A stretch of DNA of 63,973 nucleotides, counting the filler, from Rhizaria sp. SCN 62-66 (Eukaryota): assembly GCA_001724265.1 (NCBI GenBank). It is 3 parts of 3 records of this genome, joined end to end, with 100 filler letters (N's around TTAATTAATTAA, not from the genome) between each part and the next. Parts side by side here need not be neighbours in the genome. Positions count along the whole stretch, not along the records: positions 27,702 to 55,307 come from MEDY01000401.1; 2 more parts are not named here. One strand, written 5' to 3'. Shown here in pieces: positions 37,433 through 50,604 of the stretch. The notes beneath the pieces were generated by a model. It was not told where the DNA came from. It saw only the letters and a list, made by a program, of their open reading frames with translations, and searched no databases. Position 1 is the first letter of the stretch. Each line of letters opens with the position of its first letter. Both the position numbers and the translations under genes were made by a program.

Positions 37433-38467
37433 TATGTGTGGGGCAAACACAAGTCGGACGCGGGAGACTTAGAGGACAGATAATGTGCTATCGGAGCGCA
37501 AACAAAACAAGATTCGAAAGACGTGAGAGGGTGAGCCAACGGATGGCGTCAGGAAACAAGGCGCAGGAATGCGTAGCGTAATATTTCATCAGTAAAACTC
37601 AAGTAGCACATAAACAAACAGAAAAGTTAACGTGCACCAGCTACAGAATAAACTTTGACGATGAAGTGATGGCATGGCGACGCACAAAAGACTGCCTCAA
37701 TATGACAACAGAGTGGGCGGTTCGCAAAAAATTCGAAATCATTTTTCGAAGCTTCAAGGATCGCGCCGACTACTTTACGGCGAGCTATCCGCTTCTATTC
37801 GAGATGATAAGGGCCGAATACTTAGTGTATACCGACAGTCCGATAGTTTCTATTTGGTATGCACTTAAGCGGCCTGCGACGAGTGTTTGTGGACGAGGAC
37901 ATGATGCTGTCGGCAACCATAAGGGTTCAAAGCTCTCACCGCCGCTTCTCCTTCGATGCCGCTTACAGCCAGCCTAAGGACGTATTAGAAGATAGTCGTG
38001 CATTTATAGCATCACAGAGCTGTTGTGTATAGCTTCCATGCTGTTTCTGGCGCTAATTATTCTTCTTACACTCTCTGTGTGAGCCGTTTGTTCTCCTTCA
38101 TGACAGGGCATAAGGAGGATTTTGAGCCTCGTCCACCATTGACGTTTCTCTCAGGACGCATTTTCGAATCACTACTCTTTTGTATAGTCGTTGCGTTTTA
38201 CATATTAGCTTACTCATGCACTTCTGTACCTAAACTTGTCAATTTCTAGCCGTCGTCTCCTTTCCTTGCTTGGAGGCAGCGTCCTTGTTGCTTTCCACCC
38301 AGTCAAAGCCCACACATCAATCTCGCGCCTCTCACACCAGAGTCGTGAGCTGCTGTCGTTGTTGGGTTCACAGTTTTTGCGCGCACACTTTGTTCGTGTA
38401 AACACTTCTTTCTTGCTCACACACACTAGCACACACAACAGCTCGTTCACACACAGAGCGCGGCAAC

Positions 38468-40876
38468 ATGGAGGCCAGTCAGGACGCCGTGCGCGTCGTC
38501 GCGCGCTTCCGTCCGTTCAACTCGCACCAGGCCAAGACGCGAGGTGCTGAGACTGATGAGCACGGCCGCCCCGCGCTTGGCGGCCGGCCCATTACCGTGG
38601 CCACTGAGGAGGAAGACACATTCCTGCTCCAGTTCGTTGATGAGCGCTCGATCAACCTGCGCGTGCCTGCCGCTGACAAGGGCGGTGCCAAGAAGAAGCC
38701 CGTGCCGTATACGCTGGACCGCATCTTCGACGCCAACTCGACACAGGAGGGCGTGTTTAAGGAGGTCGCCGCGCTGACCGTGCGCGACGTGCTTGACGGC
38801 TACAACGGCACCATCTTCGCCTACGGCCAGACCGGTTCCGGCAAGACTCACACCATGTTCGGCGTGCGCGGCGGCCCGCCCGAGCTGCGCGGCCTCATTC
38901 CGCGCGCCGCGCAGGCCATCTTTGACGGCATCGACAAGATGGACGACGTCGTCGAGGTCACCATCACGTGCTCGTTCCTCGAAATCTACCGCGAGCAGAT
39001 CCGTGACCTGCTGTGCCCCAAGAACATCGGCCTCAAGGTCCGCGAGGCGCCCTCCGGCGACGTCTACGTACAGGGTCTCAGCGACGAGTTCGTGACTTCA
39101 CCCGACGAGCTGCTCGATGTCGTCGCCGAGGGTGACAAGTCGCGCTCTGTCGCCGCCACGAACATGAACGAGACGTCGTCGCGCTCGCACTCGGTGCTCA
39201 TCGTCATCGTCACGCAGAAGTCGCGCGACGGCTCCGTCAAGGTTGGCAAGCTCAACCTGGCCGATCTCGCCGGCTCCGAGCGTATTGCGCACACGGGCGC
39301 CACGGGCCAGACGCTCGAGGAGGCCAAGAAGATTAACCAGTCGCTCTCTTCGCTGGGTAACTGTATCAATGCGCTGACGGACCGCACGCGCACGCACATT
39401 CCGTACCGCGACTCGACGCTGACGTACCTGCTCAAGGACTCGCTCGGTGGTAACACCAAGACGACGCTCATGATCTGCTGCTCCTCGGACCCCTACAACG
39501 GGCTCGAGACCATCTCGACACTCAAGTTCGGCCTCCGTGCCAAGAACGTCAAGAACACTGCCAAGGTCAACAAGCAGAAGTCCGTGGCCGAGCTCGAGGC
39601 GATGGTGGCGAACCTGCGCGGCGAGCTGCTCCAGTCCTCGAAGCACAACGTGCTGCTGCGTTCGCTCATCAACGAGATGCACGCGCACGCCGTCGCCTCG
39701 GGCTACGGCGAGGGCGCTCCGCGCGACCCTACCTCGGGCCCGCCGCCGACGCTGCCGCCCGCGGCCGTGGCCGCCGTCAACGCGGCCATCGACGCGCTGC
39801 GCGAGGCCGCGGGCAAGATCCCTCTGCAGATCAGCGACGCTGACAAGGCCGCTGCCAAGTCGGCCGCATCCGGCATGACCGCCGCCGATGACGCCGCGCG
39901 CGAGCGCGCCGCCGCCGCCGCGCGCGCCGCCGCCGAGGAGGCCAAGCGCGCCGCGGGCGCTGCGGGCGCCGGTGCGGACGACGACGACGACAACCTGTCG
40001 CCGTGGGACGCGCGCGACGCGGACGGCGAACCCTTCACGGAGCCCGACGCACGCGCGCTCTCTGCCGCGGGCGGCGCGACGGCCATGTCGCTGTCGGCGC
40101 TGTCCGACTCGCAGTACCACGGCGACATCTTCCGCTACCAGGAAAAGCTGGCCGAGGCCGAGGTCAAGGTACGCGAGCTGGCGGCCGCGAAGCAGAACCT
40201 CGAGGACGACCTCAAGTCAGTCCGCGAGAAGCTGGTCGAGATGAGCAAGCAGGAGGAGCTGCGTCTGCAGAAGACCATGCTGGCCAACGTACAGGAGTCA
40301 CCCTCCTTGCGCCCCGTGTCCGCGATGTCGGCGCTGGCGAAGCTGTGCTCGACGCCCAAGTCGGGCTCAGCCGCGGCGGCCGCGTCACCCAGCCACGCCC
40401 GCGCGGCCATGTCGCTGTCGATCGACGAGGAGCCCGTGGAGGAGGCGGAGCCCGAGGATGACTACGACGGCGGCGGCTTTGGTGCCGACGAGGGCGACGA
40501 GGATGTGGCCTCGCCCTGGGGTGCCGACGACGACGACGAGGACGCCGTTGCGCAGCACGCCGAGGAGATCAAGCAGAAGGTCAACAATAGCGAGCTCACG
40601 ATGGACCAGGTCACCGCGGCGGCGGCGCGCGACCAGCGCACGATCGCGGAGCTGGTATCCAAGAACTCCGAGCTCGAGGCCAAGATCGCCGAAATGAAGG
40701 CGACGTGGACGCGCTACCTCGACATGGTCATGGAGTCGCAGATGCCCGCCGAGGTCAAGAAGACGCCCAAGATCGTCAAGCCCGTCCGCGCCAAGCGCTC
40801 TTTTGTCGGCGCTGGTGCCGGTGGTGCCGCGCGCGGCGGTGCAGCGGGCGCGCGCTCCGTCATCTCGCCCAAGTAA
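38468..40876 (+). CDS. KHC: Kinesin-1 (conventional kinesin heavy chain)-like motor, 802 aa, intronless
   Basis: P-loop GQTGSGKT, NETSSRSH, DLAGSE, HIPYRDS, SLGGNTKT. Coiled coils and tail motif PKIVKPVRA resembling the kinesin-1 IAK motif. Ends TAA. Confidence 0.9.
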   Translation: MEASQDAVRVVARFRPFNSHQAKTRGAETDEHGRPALGGRPITVATEEEDTFLLQFVDERSINLRVPAADKGGAKKKPVPYTLDRIFDANSTQEGVFKEVAALTVRDVLDGYNGTIFAYGQTGSGKTHTMFGVRGGPPELRGLIPRAAQAIFDGIDKMDDVVEVTITCSFLEIYREQIRDLLCPKNIGLKVREAPSGDVYVQGLSDEFVTSPDELLDVVAEGDKSRSVAATNMNETSSRSHSVLIVIVTQKSRDGSVKVGKLNLADLAGSERIAHTGATGQTLEEAKKINQSLSSLGNCINALTDRTRTHIPYRDSTLTYLLKDSLGGNTKTTLMICCSSDPYNGLETISTLKFGLRAKNVKNTAKVNKQKSVAELEAMVANLRGELLQSSKHNVLLRSLINEMHAHAVASGYGEGAPRDPTSGPPPTLPPAAVAAVNAAIDALREAAGKIPLQISDADKAAAKSAASGMTAADDAARERAAAAARAAAEEAKRAAGAAGAGADDDDDNLSPWDARDADGEPFTEPDARALSAAGGATAMSLSALSDSQYHGDIFRYQEKLAEAEVKVRELAAAKQNLEDDLKSVREKLVEMSKQEELRLQKTMLANVQESPSLRPVSAMSALAKLCSTPKSGSAAAAASPSHARAAMSLSIDEEPVEEAEPEDDYDGGGFGADEGDEDVASPWGADDDDEDAVAQHAEEIKQKVNNSELTMDQVTAAAARDQRTIAELVSKNSELEAKIAEMKATWTRYLDMVMESQMPAEVKKTPKIVKPVRAKRSFVGAGAGGAARGGAAGARSVISPK

Positions 40877-41842
40877 AGCAACTGCTTTGCTCTTGAACAT
40901 GTGATTGCTTGCTTGCCTACTGTGTCAAACAAAGCACGGCTTAAGCGTTTAAAAGGTACCAGCAACTGCGCTGATCTCAACAACTCTCCGCGCTACAATC
41001 ACAATGAGTGATTCAACTCTTGTTCGACCGTACTTCGGCGTTGTTGAGGTTGCTGTTTCCTTTACGTGACATTTGTCTTCTCAATCATCCACTATCTTTT
41101 TCTGTTTTAGTGTTATTTTTTCCTCTTGTGTTTGTGTGCTAGTGTGTTTGTTTTGTCTTCCAATCGTTCAGTGACCTTTTTTCTTCATTTCCACACTCTC
41201 GATTGGCAGCAACATCGATAGAGAGCTGTGACTTAACTTCACAGCGTATTCATACGTCGTAGTTGTGTTTAACATAGCGCCTCAATGCCACATCTTGCGA
41301 CCTCGTGCCGGAGTAGCGTCGTTGTTGTCCATCTACGGAGTCCACACACCAGTCAGCTTCTTCTTTATTATCCTGCCGTTGTCCTCGTTTTTCGTTTTTA
41401 TCATTTTCTCTGTCGTTTGTTGTTGTTGTTTCGCAGTGTTCGGACCCCTTAGAGCTCTCAGATTTCAATCTCACTAAAGAGGCATACATGTAAGCTGTAT
41501 CTGCAGATGTTTGTCTCCAGGTCCATCGTCATGTATTAATACGACGTATGTAATGTAACAGCAGCAGTGGCAGAAACATGCAGCGGTTTTCTACATGCCT
41601 GTATCGCAGACAGGGTTCGCTTCCATTTTCCAGCAAAGCGATTGCAAACACGTTACGCGGCGCGAGCGAGGTTGATGACACGAACTCTTGATTTCTATAT
41701 TTTATGATTTCTTTTAGCAATATTTTTCATATTACACAAAATAAAACAAAATAAAGATGCTCTATACGAAACTCTTATCTTATATACAGCTTGCTGTAGC
41801 GAGATATACATGCCTTTGTAGCAGCTTCTATCCCTTCGGTCG

Positions 41843-41859
41843 CTGGTTCCTAAAAATGG
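41843..41859 (+). promoter_or_regulatory. Candidate upstream motif CTGGTTCCTAAAAATGG, copy 1
   Basis: Exact 17-nt match to 52125-52141; both lie about 380-450 nt upstream of a + strand ATG. Confidence 0.4.
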
Positions 41860-42219
41860 CCGCGCTGAGGAGTGAGCAAGGATGGTCATCATTTGTCGAA
41901 TCAGGCCGAGCGAGAGAGGGCATCAAAGGGGCGCCTATCAACGCGTCGTAGTCCCTTGCGCCTTCGTTAAAAGCGCCTAAATTTTCGGTTTATACGATAA
42001 CTCCGCTTAAAGTTCTCTTTAGAATATACTATTCATGTGGAATTTTGTTCTGTAACTCAAAGGACGCGCTTTTCGTTTCCCTTTTATCGTCATCGCCGCT
42101 GTCTCGGCCGCTTGGGCGTCGCTCTTTTCGCAGGCACACTCGTGCATCCCCGTCATCTCCAGCAAGGAATTCGTGTCTCTGGTAACCGCCAGTTTCTCCG
42201 CACGACCCCCTCGCTGACC

Positions 42220-45200
42220 ATGGGGGTTTTCCGGCGTGCTTGGTTCACGCCCCTCGCGGCGCTCGCCGTCGCCCTGGCCGCTTTTGCCATGGGCGACGCC
42301 TCGTTCGCGCCCGCCTCCGCCACGGACTCCTTCTTCGACGTCTCGGCCCAGAACACCGACGCCTTCACCGGCATGGATCGCCTGTCGCTCGACGACGCCC
42401 TTGTCGCCGGCCAGCGCCGCCTGATGCAGACCAACTCGGTGCTCGACGACGCCCGCCGCCGCATGCGCCAGATGCGCTCCGGCACCGACGGCAGCGCCGC
42501 CGCGGCGGCTCCCACGCCCGCGCCGGCACCCCCCGTGACGCCCGTGACGCCCGTGACGCCCGCATTTACGCCGCCGCCTCCGCCGCCGCCGGTGGTGCCC
42601 GCGGGCCCGCCGAAGAACCGCAAGGTCGAGTTCCAGATCCACGTGGTGCCGCACTCGCACACGGACGCCGGGTGGATCATGAGCTACCACGACTACTACA
42701 ACCGCCGCGTGCGCACAATCATCACCACGGTCGTCGAGACGCTCTACCTGGACGAAGTGCTCCGCTTTATCTGGGCCGACGTCGGCTTCTTCGCCGTGTG
42801 GTGGCAGGAGGCGCCGTCCGAGCTGCGCGCGAAGGCCAAGGCCATCGTGGACCGCGGCCAGATGGAGTTCGTCAACGGCGGCTTCGTCATGAACGACGAG
42901 GCCAACGTCAACTACGCCCAGTTCCTGGACCAGATGTCGCTGGGCCACCGCTTCATCAAGCAGACGCTCAACACGACCGCGCAGTACGGCTGGTGCATCG
43001 ACCCCTTCGGCGCGTCGTCGTCGCAGGCGACCATGTACGCGCAGATGGGCATGAAGGCCGTGGTGCACGCGCGCATCGACGAGCGCATGAAGAAGATGCA
43101 GATGAACGGCACCAACACGGGTGACCTCACCTCTGCCGGTCTGTCGTTCGTGTGGCGCGCGAACCCGGCGCAGCACGGCGTCGGCTCGGACATCTACACG
43201 CATATCATGCCCAACGGCTACACTGCGGCGAACCACCTGCACTGGGAGACGGAGCCGTCGCCGGGCTCGCGGCGGCCGTGGAAGGACGTGGCGCTGCAGT
43301 CTGACTCTGACAAGGTGTACGTGTTCCGCACGATGATGCAGGACATGGCCATCTACATCAAGTCGATGCGCACGCCGCACGCCATCCTGCCCTGGGGCTC
43401 AGACTTCTCCTTCACCAACTCGCGCAACATGTTCACCAACATGCGCCAGCTCATCACGCTGCTTAACAACCCGAACCCGCAGACGTGCCAGGGGCTGTGC
43501 ACTGAGGAGGGCCTCACCAGCACCATGGATCTGCCGCTGATGGAGGACGTGCTGCCGCCCGTGCTGCCAGGCCAGAACAAGGCCGTCGACGTCGTCATGA
43601 AGTTCCGCTTCTCCACGCTCGACGAGTACTTCTCCGCCGTCCACGGCTTCGCGTACAACTTCTACAAGCCCGAGGGCGCGGGCGCGCCCACTGCGGGCCC
43701 GCGCGGCGCCGTGACCCGCACGCTCACCTCCTTCTGGGCCGCCCCGGGCACCGCCAACGCCGGGCTCGCGGGCGATGCGCCCGTGTCGCGCCCCGGCTAC
43801 GTGACCTTCCGTCGCGGCTTCCCCGGCTGGCCGGTGTACTCGAGCGAGGACCTGTTTCCCTACGCTGACGAGTACTGGCGCCCTCCGCCGAACCGCCTGC
43901 GCTGGTGGACGGGCTACTTCGCCTCGCGGCCCGCGCTCAAGCAGTTCGAGCGCCGCCAATACCGCTCGCTGCGCGCCGCCGAGGCCGCGATGGCGCTGGC
44001 CCCCGGCGAGGGCTCGCTCGACGTGCTGCCCGGCGTGGTCCCCAACTCGGCCGCCGCGGTCCCCGGCTCGCCCGACTGGACCGCGGCCTCGGCCGACGCG
44101 GGCGGCGCGGGCGTGACGGACCAGACGGCCTCGCGCCGCGTGGGCGTCTTCACCAGCTTCTCGGGCTCCAACTACCCTTACGCGGCGCCCTCGACGACGA
44201 GCGCGGCCTCGGCCAAGATGTCGCAGTGCGCCTGGGTGTCCCCGCGCGCGCGCTCGCTGCTGGCCGTGGCGCGCGACATCATGGCCGTCATGCAGCACCA
44301 CGACGCCATCACAGGTACATCCCCGGCGCGCACGATCCTCGACTACCACCACCGCATGGTGCGCGGCCACGCCGCCGGCGTCGAGCTGCTCTTCGGCGCC
44401 GTCGCGCGCATGCTCAACACGCCCTCGCAGCTGGCCGCCACGCCGGCGCAGTTCGCCGAGGCGCTCACGGCCGCCGTGGCTAGCTACACCGGCGGCGCCA
44501 TCACCGCGACGACCCCCGAGGTGCAGGCGCTGCTGCAGGCGGCGCGCGCGGTGCCCGTCGCGCCCTCGGGCGCCAACGGCGGCGACAGCAACAACGACAA
44601 CCTCTTCTTCTCGCCGGTGCTGTCACAGACGGGTACGAGCTGCGCCGCGCACCCCGTCAACGGCTACGCGGCGCGCGTGCCCGAGGTCGTCCCCGTCGCG
44701 GTGTACAACCCCGTGGCGTGGGAGGTGCCGGGCCAGGTGCTGCTGCTGCGCAACGTGACCACGCGTGACGTGGTTGTGACCGACTCGAATGGCGACGTGC
44801 TCGACGCCGACGTCGTCCCCGTCGAGCTCATGGAGCAGGACACCTCGAGCGCGCGCGCCGTGCTGTCGATGGCCAACCCGCTGGCCCCGCCCGTGGGCGC
44901 CACGGGGCAGCCCGCCGAGACGACGGCCGACTGGCTGCGCACCTACACGCCGCGCACGGCGGCGTCGACCGCGGCCTGCGTCACCCCCGGCGCGGCCACG
45001 CCCACGGGCCTGTTCAACGTCTTCGTGCAGCTGCGCAAACCGCTGCCCGCGCTGGGCGCCGAGGTGCTCACGCTCTATCTCAACACGCACCGCGAGCCCT
45101 GCTGCCTCATCGCCGACATGCAGCGCGCCGGCGCGCTCGACTACGCGCGGCCCCCCGCCTTCTACCAGGTACGTCGCGTGACAGGTCTTTTTGACATCAA

Positions 45201-48200
45201 ATTGACAGGAATTCGTTCAATTGTATTTTTGTTATTTGTATATTTGTACTACTCAAATTTTGTCAAATTTTGCTCATCTTGATTTTGTCTTTTTTTTTTT
45301 TTTCCAATTTGCTTCTTTATTCGCCCGTTCAGCCTCAGCCCGGCCAGGCCTCTGCCGGCACGCCGATGCAGACGCCCGTGTTCGCGGCGACGGCCTACGC
45401 GCAGTGGGCGGCGGTGCAGCCCTGGGAGGTGGACGGCGCGTCGTGCTTCCAGTCGATCGCCAACGACGGTGTCCTCGTTGACTTCGTCGGCAAGTGCCCT
45501 GACAACCTGCGCAAGTACGTCGCCATCGGTGTCCACGGGTCGAGTATCACGACCAACGTGACGGCCACCACGGCGGGCGTTTCCGTCGCGGCGGGCGCGG
45601 GCGGCGCCGTGACAGAGCCCTTCGACGTGTCGTTCCCCTACTACGTGCCGCACAATATCGAGTCGGACGGCGTGTACACACTGCACATCAACGGTGACCC
45701 CGTCAACAACAACGGCGTGCTGTCCCCGCCGCAGAACCTGGGCCGCGCCAAGTCGGCCGAGTACTCTGTCGCCGAGACCAAGGCCATCGTGTACAAGGGC
45801 CGCGTCGTGCAGGGCTTCACGCAGTTCGCGGACTCGTCCTCTGCCTTCCCCTTCATCCACTCGTTCCGCGCGCTCCGCGGCGGCGCCGGGCTCGATGGCG
45901 GGCTCCAGGTCATGCCGCTCACGCGCGCGCAGAACCAGATGCTGCGCTTCCACACCTCGATCGACAACACTGTGGTGCTGGATGGCACCTCGAAGCTGCA
46001 CGGACTGCCCGCCGACGGCAACGCGACCTCGACGCGCCGCGCTATGTACAACGACGACCTCGGTCTGCAGATGCAGCGCCACTTCTCCGACCCCACGACT
46101 AACGACGCCGGCAGCTTTTACCCGTTCATCTCGCGCGTGGCCTTCCGCGACGAGTTCCCGCAGACGCTGCAGGCGCACCCGAAGCCGCTTCGTGGGCACC
46201 GCCAGCTGGTGATCGTGGCGCAGCAGGGCGCAGGCACATCGACGCCCGACAAGGGCCAGCTCGAGGTCATGGTGAACCGCTTCTCCGACCGCGACGACGA
46301 GCTGGGCATGGGCGAGCCTCTGCGCGATTCGTCCACCTTCACTTTCACGTACCGTGTCTACTTCAACGCCTTCGTCGAGGCCACCATGGCCTCTCCCGAG
46401 GATGCGTACGTGGCGGCCACCTCGGCCATCCTCTTCGGCGCCAAGGCCGGCTCCGACGGCGCGTGCGGCAACGACAACTTCCACGCCGAGTCCATCCTGG
46501 TCAACAACCCGCCGTTCGTGGCCCCCGCGCCCGGCGTGCCCGCGGCCTACGCGCTGGCTGCCGCCGACGCCGTCGCCGGCCGCCCCACGCCCGCGCCCGG
46601 CGCGCTCGCCGCGCTGCCCCCGCTGACCGCGGCGGACCCGCTCGTGTCGCGCCTCGCGCTCACGCTCGCCTCGGTCGCCGCCGTGTCGGCTGCGCGCCAG
46701 GCCGCGTCGGGCGCCGCGCCCGCGGTGACGCCCGCCAACGACGCCGTGGCGCCGCTGCTGCGTTTCTCTCCGCTGGCACAGCCGCTGCCGCGCTGTGTGC
46801 ACGCGCTGACCGTGGCGCCCATGTGCGACGTCTTCACCAACGCCATCCGCGACTCGACGGACCCGGTGCTGCCGCGCTGGCCCGCACCGCTGGGCTTCAA
46901 CGACTACTCGGATGCCGTCGCCGCCGTGGTGCCCGCCGAGTTCGCGGCGCGCGGCGTCGTGGTCCGCGCCGAGCGCCCCGTCGCGGGTTTCCCGCTACCC
47001 GCCTCGCTCGCGCCGCCCGCGTCGGGACCCGTGCCGACCGCGCCGCCGCCGCTGCCAGTTGCGCTGCGCTTCATCAACCTCGACTCGCGCGCCATCTTCC
47101 GCTCCTCGATCAACTCCAAGGCGCTCGACGAGCGCTTCGCGCAACTGCGCCCCGCCGGCGCCGCCAACGGCGTCCTCACCTCTGGCACGGCTATCGCCAA
47201 TCTCCCGCTCTCGGCGCCCGCGTCCGTGCCCTTGCAGGCTGCCTTCGCCTTCGACCTGGCCGCGCCCGTCGCGGCCGGCACCGCCGCGGGCGCGACCGGC
47301 GGCGCGGGGCTCATCCTCCGCGGTGCCCCGCAGCGCGTGGGGCTCAACCACGTGGCGTACGCGCTCTCGCCTTCGGCCAAGCCCGCGACGGCGACCGTGG
47401 TGCCACTCGACGCGTCCGCGCTCACGGGCGCTTCCCCGGCCGCGGCCGACGCCTCCGACGCGCTCTTCACGCTCACTGACTCGGTCGCGCTTGCCGCGCA
47501 CACCGTGGCGCCCTTCTGCCCGCTCTACCCGGCGCGCACCGACATCGAGATCGGCCGCCTGGGTTTCGCCATCCCGGCGCGCCGCCAGCCCGTGCTGCAG
47601 CCCTACGCGCGCGAGACGCCTACGCGCGCCGGCGCCGCTGTCTCGGCGTCCGGCAAGGGGCTCATCACGCTGCCCGGCTCCGGCTCGGGCCCGCGCGTGC
47701 CCGCGGGTGTGACTGCCGCGCTAGCGGGCTTCTCGGCCAACCCGCGCCGCGCGATGTTCTACTCGGGCGCGTCCGTCTTCGAGGCCTTCTCGCGCCACCT
47801 GGACAGCAAGCTGGGCTGGGACGCCGGCTCCGCCAACACCGGCGGCGACGCACTGGGCCAGTGCACGGCGCACCTCTACACGGGCTCCGGCGTGCCCGGG
47901 CTGCCGCTCACGCTCGCGGCCAACAACCCGACGCTGTCGCGCGCGGCCTCGGCCGGCTTCTCCACGGTCCAGCGCCTGCGCGCCTTCTCGCCACGTGCCC
48001 TGGGCCTGCCGCTCTACCACCCGGTCAAGTCCGTCGACGACGGCGCGTCGTGGCCCAACGCAGCCAACGAGTCCGCGCCCGTGACGCAGTACATGCTGCC
48101 CTCCACCACCGCGCTCTATGACGCCTCCGCCTCGTCCTACTTTGCGCCGCTGCCCTGGTGCCACTGCGGCTACCAGCACCTGGTGGAGCCCGCCTCGGCG

Positions 48201-49379
48201 CTGGTGCTGCGGCCCGGCGCGCTGGCCGTGCACACGGCCGCCGCCTCCGCCGCGCTCGCCTCGGTCGAGTTCGCCTGGTACGCGGGCCCCACGCGCAGCG
48301 CCATCGTGGCCTCCACGGCCTCCGCGGCGGCGGGCCACGGCGCGCAGATGAGCCGCTACGTTGCCGCGCCCGGGTCCACGGCGCCGACGTTCAACGCGGC
48401 CGAGACGGAGGCTGTGCGTGCGCTGTACCTCTCTGCCGAGGCCGACGCCGTGCTCACAGTTGCGGACCGCGGCGAGTCGGCGCTGCTGCCGCCCGCCGCG
48501 GGCTCGCGTGCGCTGCCCGTGGTGTCCTCGGCCACCAGCTCCTGGGTCCAGACGCTCGCGCCACTCCATTTTTCCGCCCACACCATCAACGTCGACAAGA
48601 CGGCCGCCGCCGGTGGCCGCGGCGCCACCGCCGCCGCCGCCACGCTGGGCCAGATTGCGCGCCCCGCCGTGGCCGTCGCCACCCCCGTGGCCACCCCCGC
48701 GCCCGTGCCCGCCAAGTCCACGCCCGCGGCGCCCGCGACCCCGGCCACGCCCGCCGCGCCCGCCGCCCCTGTGCCCGCCACGCCGGCCGTGCCCGCGACC
48801 GTGGCCACCCCCGCCACGCCCGCGACGGTCGTGCCCGCGACCCCGGCGACGGTGGCCGCGCCCGCGCCCGCGACCTCTGCGGTGCCGCAGGTCCCCGCGG
48901 CCACCGTGATCGACCCCAACGCCGCGGCCGCCGCGGGGCTCTCCACGGACGGCTCCTCGTACGTGTCGGTGACGACGGTCACGGACCAACGGTCGCCCGA
49001 CGGCGCCGTGGTGATCCGTGTCGACAAGCTCTTCGTGCAGATGCTCGTCGTCGGTGGGTTGCTCTCACTCGTCGGCGTGCTTGTGTGCGTGCTCTGCCTG
49101 CTCGTGCGCGCCATCCCGCGCCGCCCCGGCCAGGCGCTCTCGCTCGGGCTCGTGCTCGCCTACCTGCGCGGCGACCCCTCGGTGGGCTACTCGCGTGTCG
49201 ACCTCAGCGCCGCCGCGGGCGGCGACATCGCCATGCGCGGGCTCAAGAGCGTGCCGCGCGCGCGCGGCGCTGTGGGCGGCGACACCGACTACGACGACGC
49301 CACCGACTTCGGCGACGAGACCAACCTGCCCTCCGCGCAGGCCGGGCCCGGCATCTCGCGCCGCGCCATGCGCATCTAA
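42220..49379 (+). CDS. GH38 alpha-mannosidase with signal peptide, Pro/Ala/Thr stalk and C-terminal TM, ~2331 aa
   Basis: Exons 42220-45168 and 45333-49379; intron GTACGT..CAG. Motifs HVVPHSHTDAGW (Zn ligands), GQMEFVNGGFVMNDEA, GWCIDPFG (nucleophile Asp), WWTGYFASRP, QHHDAITGT, GQLEVMVNR. TM LFVQMLVVGGLLSLVGVLVCVLCLLV. Ends TAA. Confidence 0.9.
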
Positions 49380-49790
49380 GCTAAGCCGCTGTCGCTGCGC
49401 GGAATCCGCATGATGTTATAATGTTGTCGCGTTGCTGTTGTGCACAGCGCCCTTTTTGTAACATTCACTGCATTCAGAGATGCTTTTTCTTTGTCCGACG
49501 TCTTTTCTGTTTCACTTCTTTTCGAATGTGTTTTCTTTTGCGACTTGAGATATCCAGGTTGTAGACACTCACATCGTTGACTTGCGCAGCGTTTATGCGT
49601 CTATCTGTTTCAAATGCGCGCGACAACATCAGCGACATCACCACCAATCTCACTGTCTTTGCTCACACATACGCGATTAGTATCTTTAGCTTTGTTTCAC
49701 ATCTTTGCATTTTATATGTACAAAATGTAAGTTTATTAGTTATTTACCCGTTGTCTGTCCAAATGTTATATTTTTTAACACCCTCTGTCC

Positions 49791-49829
49791 GCCCCGTTTG
49801 TTGGCCCCGTTTTTTGGCCCCGTTTGTTG
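49791..49829. repeat. Short tandem repeat, three copies of GCCCCGTTT(G/T)TTG
   Basis: Directly visible in intergenic DNA. Confidence 0.75.
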
Positions 49830-50604
49830 AGGAATTGACCGATTTGGATGCGGCATCTGTAAAGCACCGCTGTCCGACTCAGGTCCCGCTTGTTATCGTC
49901 GTCGAGCTTTGGGTTCCAAACTTGTCCTTCGAATACTTTGCAGTGTTCTTCTCATTTTCCTTCGTTTCTTCTGTGTATGCGCACTAATCTCCAGGACGTG
50001 CGTGTGCGCTTGCTGTCTGTTTCTGCACTTCTATGCCCATTTCATTGTGCTTGTTTTGTGTGTCGCGCTGACAAGAGCGGCCACATCATAATCCACATAA
50101 CGTACGAGTAACACACACACACATTCCTGCACAGGCGAGACAATGATATATTGTATCATCATCGCACTCATCTACATAATCAAACAAGGCTAAGCCAAAT
50201 TAGTTCAGTAGTGTTAAACTTAAGCTTACTTTGCTCATACAGAACTCTTTTCCTTCTACACTGTAAGCTTACTTACATTTACACATCACTCGTCAAGCTT
50301 CAATCGCGAATCAGTTTATTTCGCTCCTGATGCTAATGATGAAGGGTGTATTGAAACTAGTGCCTTGTATTGTGAGTAATAAGAAGCTTCGTCGACATGT
50401 TGTGCCTGGTTAATATAAGTTATTCGGGTTAATGATTAGAGTATGTAGCATGTGGTTTCCATTAGAATACTTGCTTCCTAATGTTCTCTTTAGGTAATAA
50501 ATTGCGCGAACAAAGCTCTCAGCGTTGCTCACTATTCAGTTGCTGCAGTCGCCGCGGTCGTAGTAGCTGCGGCCCGCGCCGTGCGCCCGCGCCGTGCGGC
50601 GGAC

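Noticed and set aside
3357-45332. Introns as Introner-type transposons
   Set aside because: Lengths are similar, but I see no shared internal sequence or terminal repeats among the eight introns.
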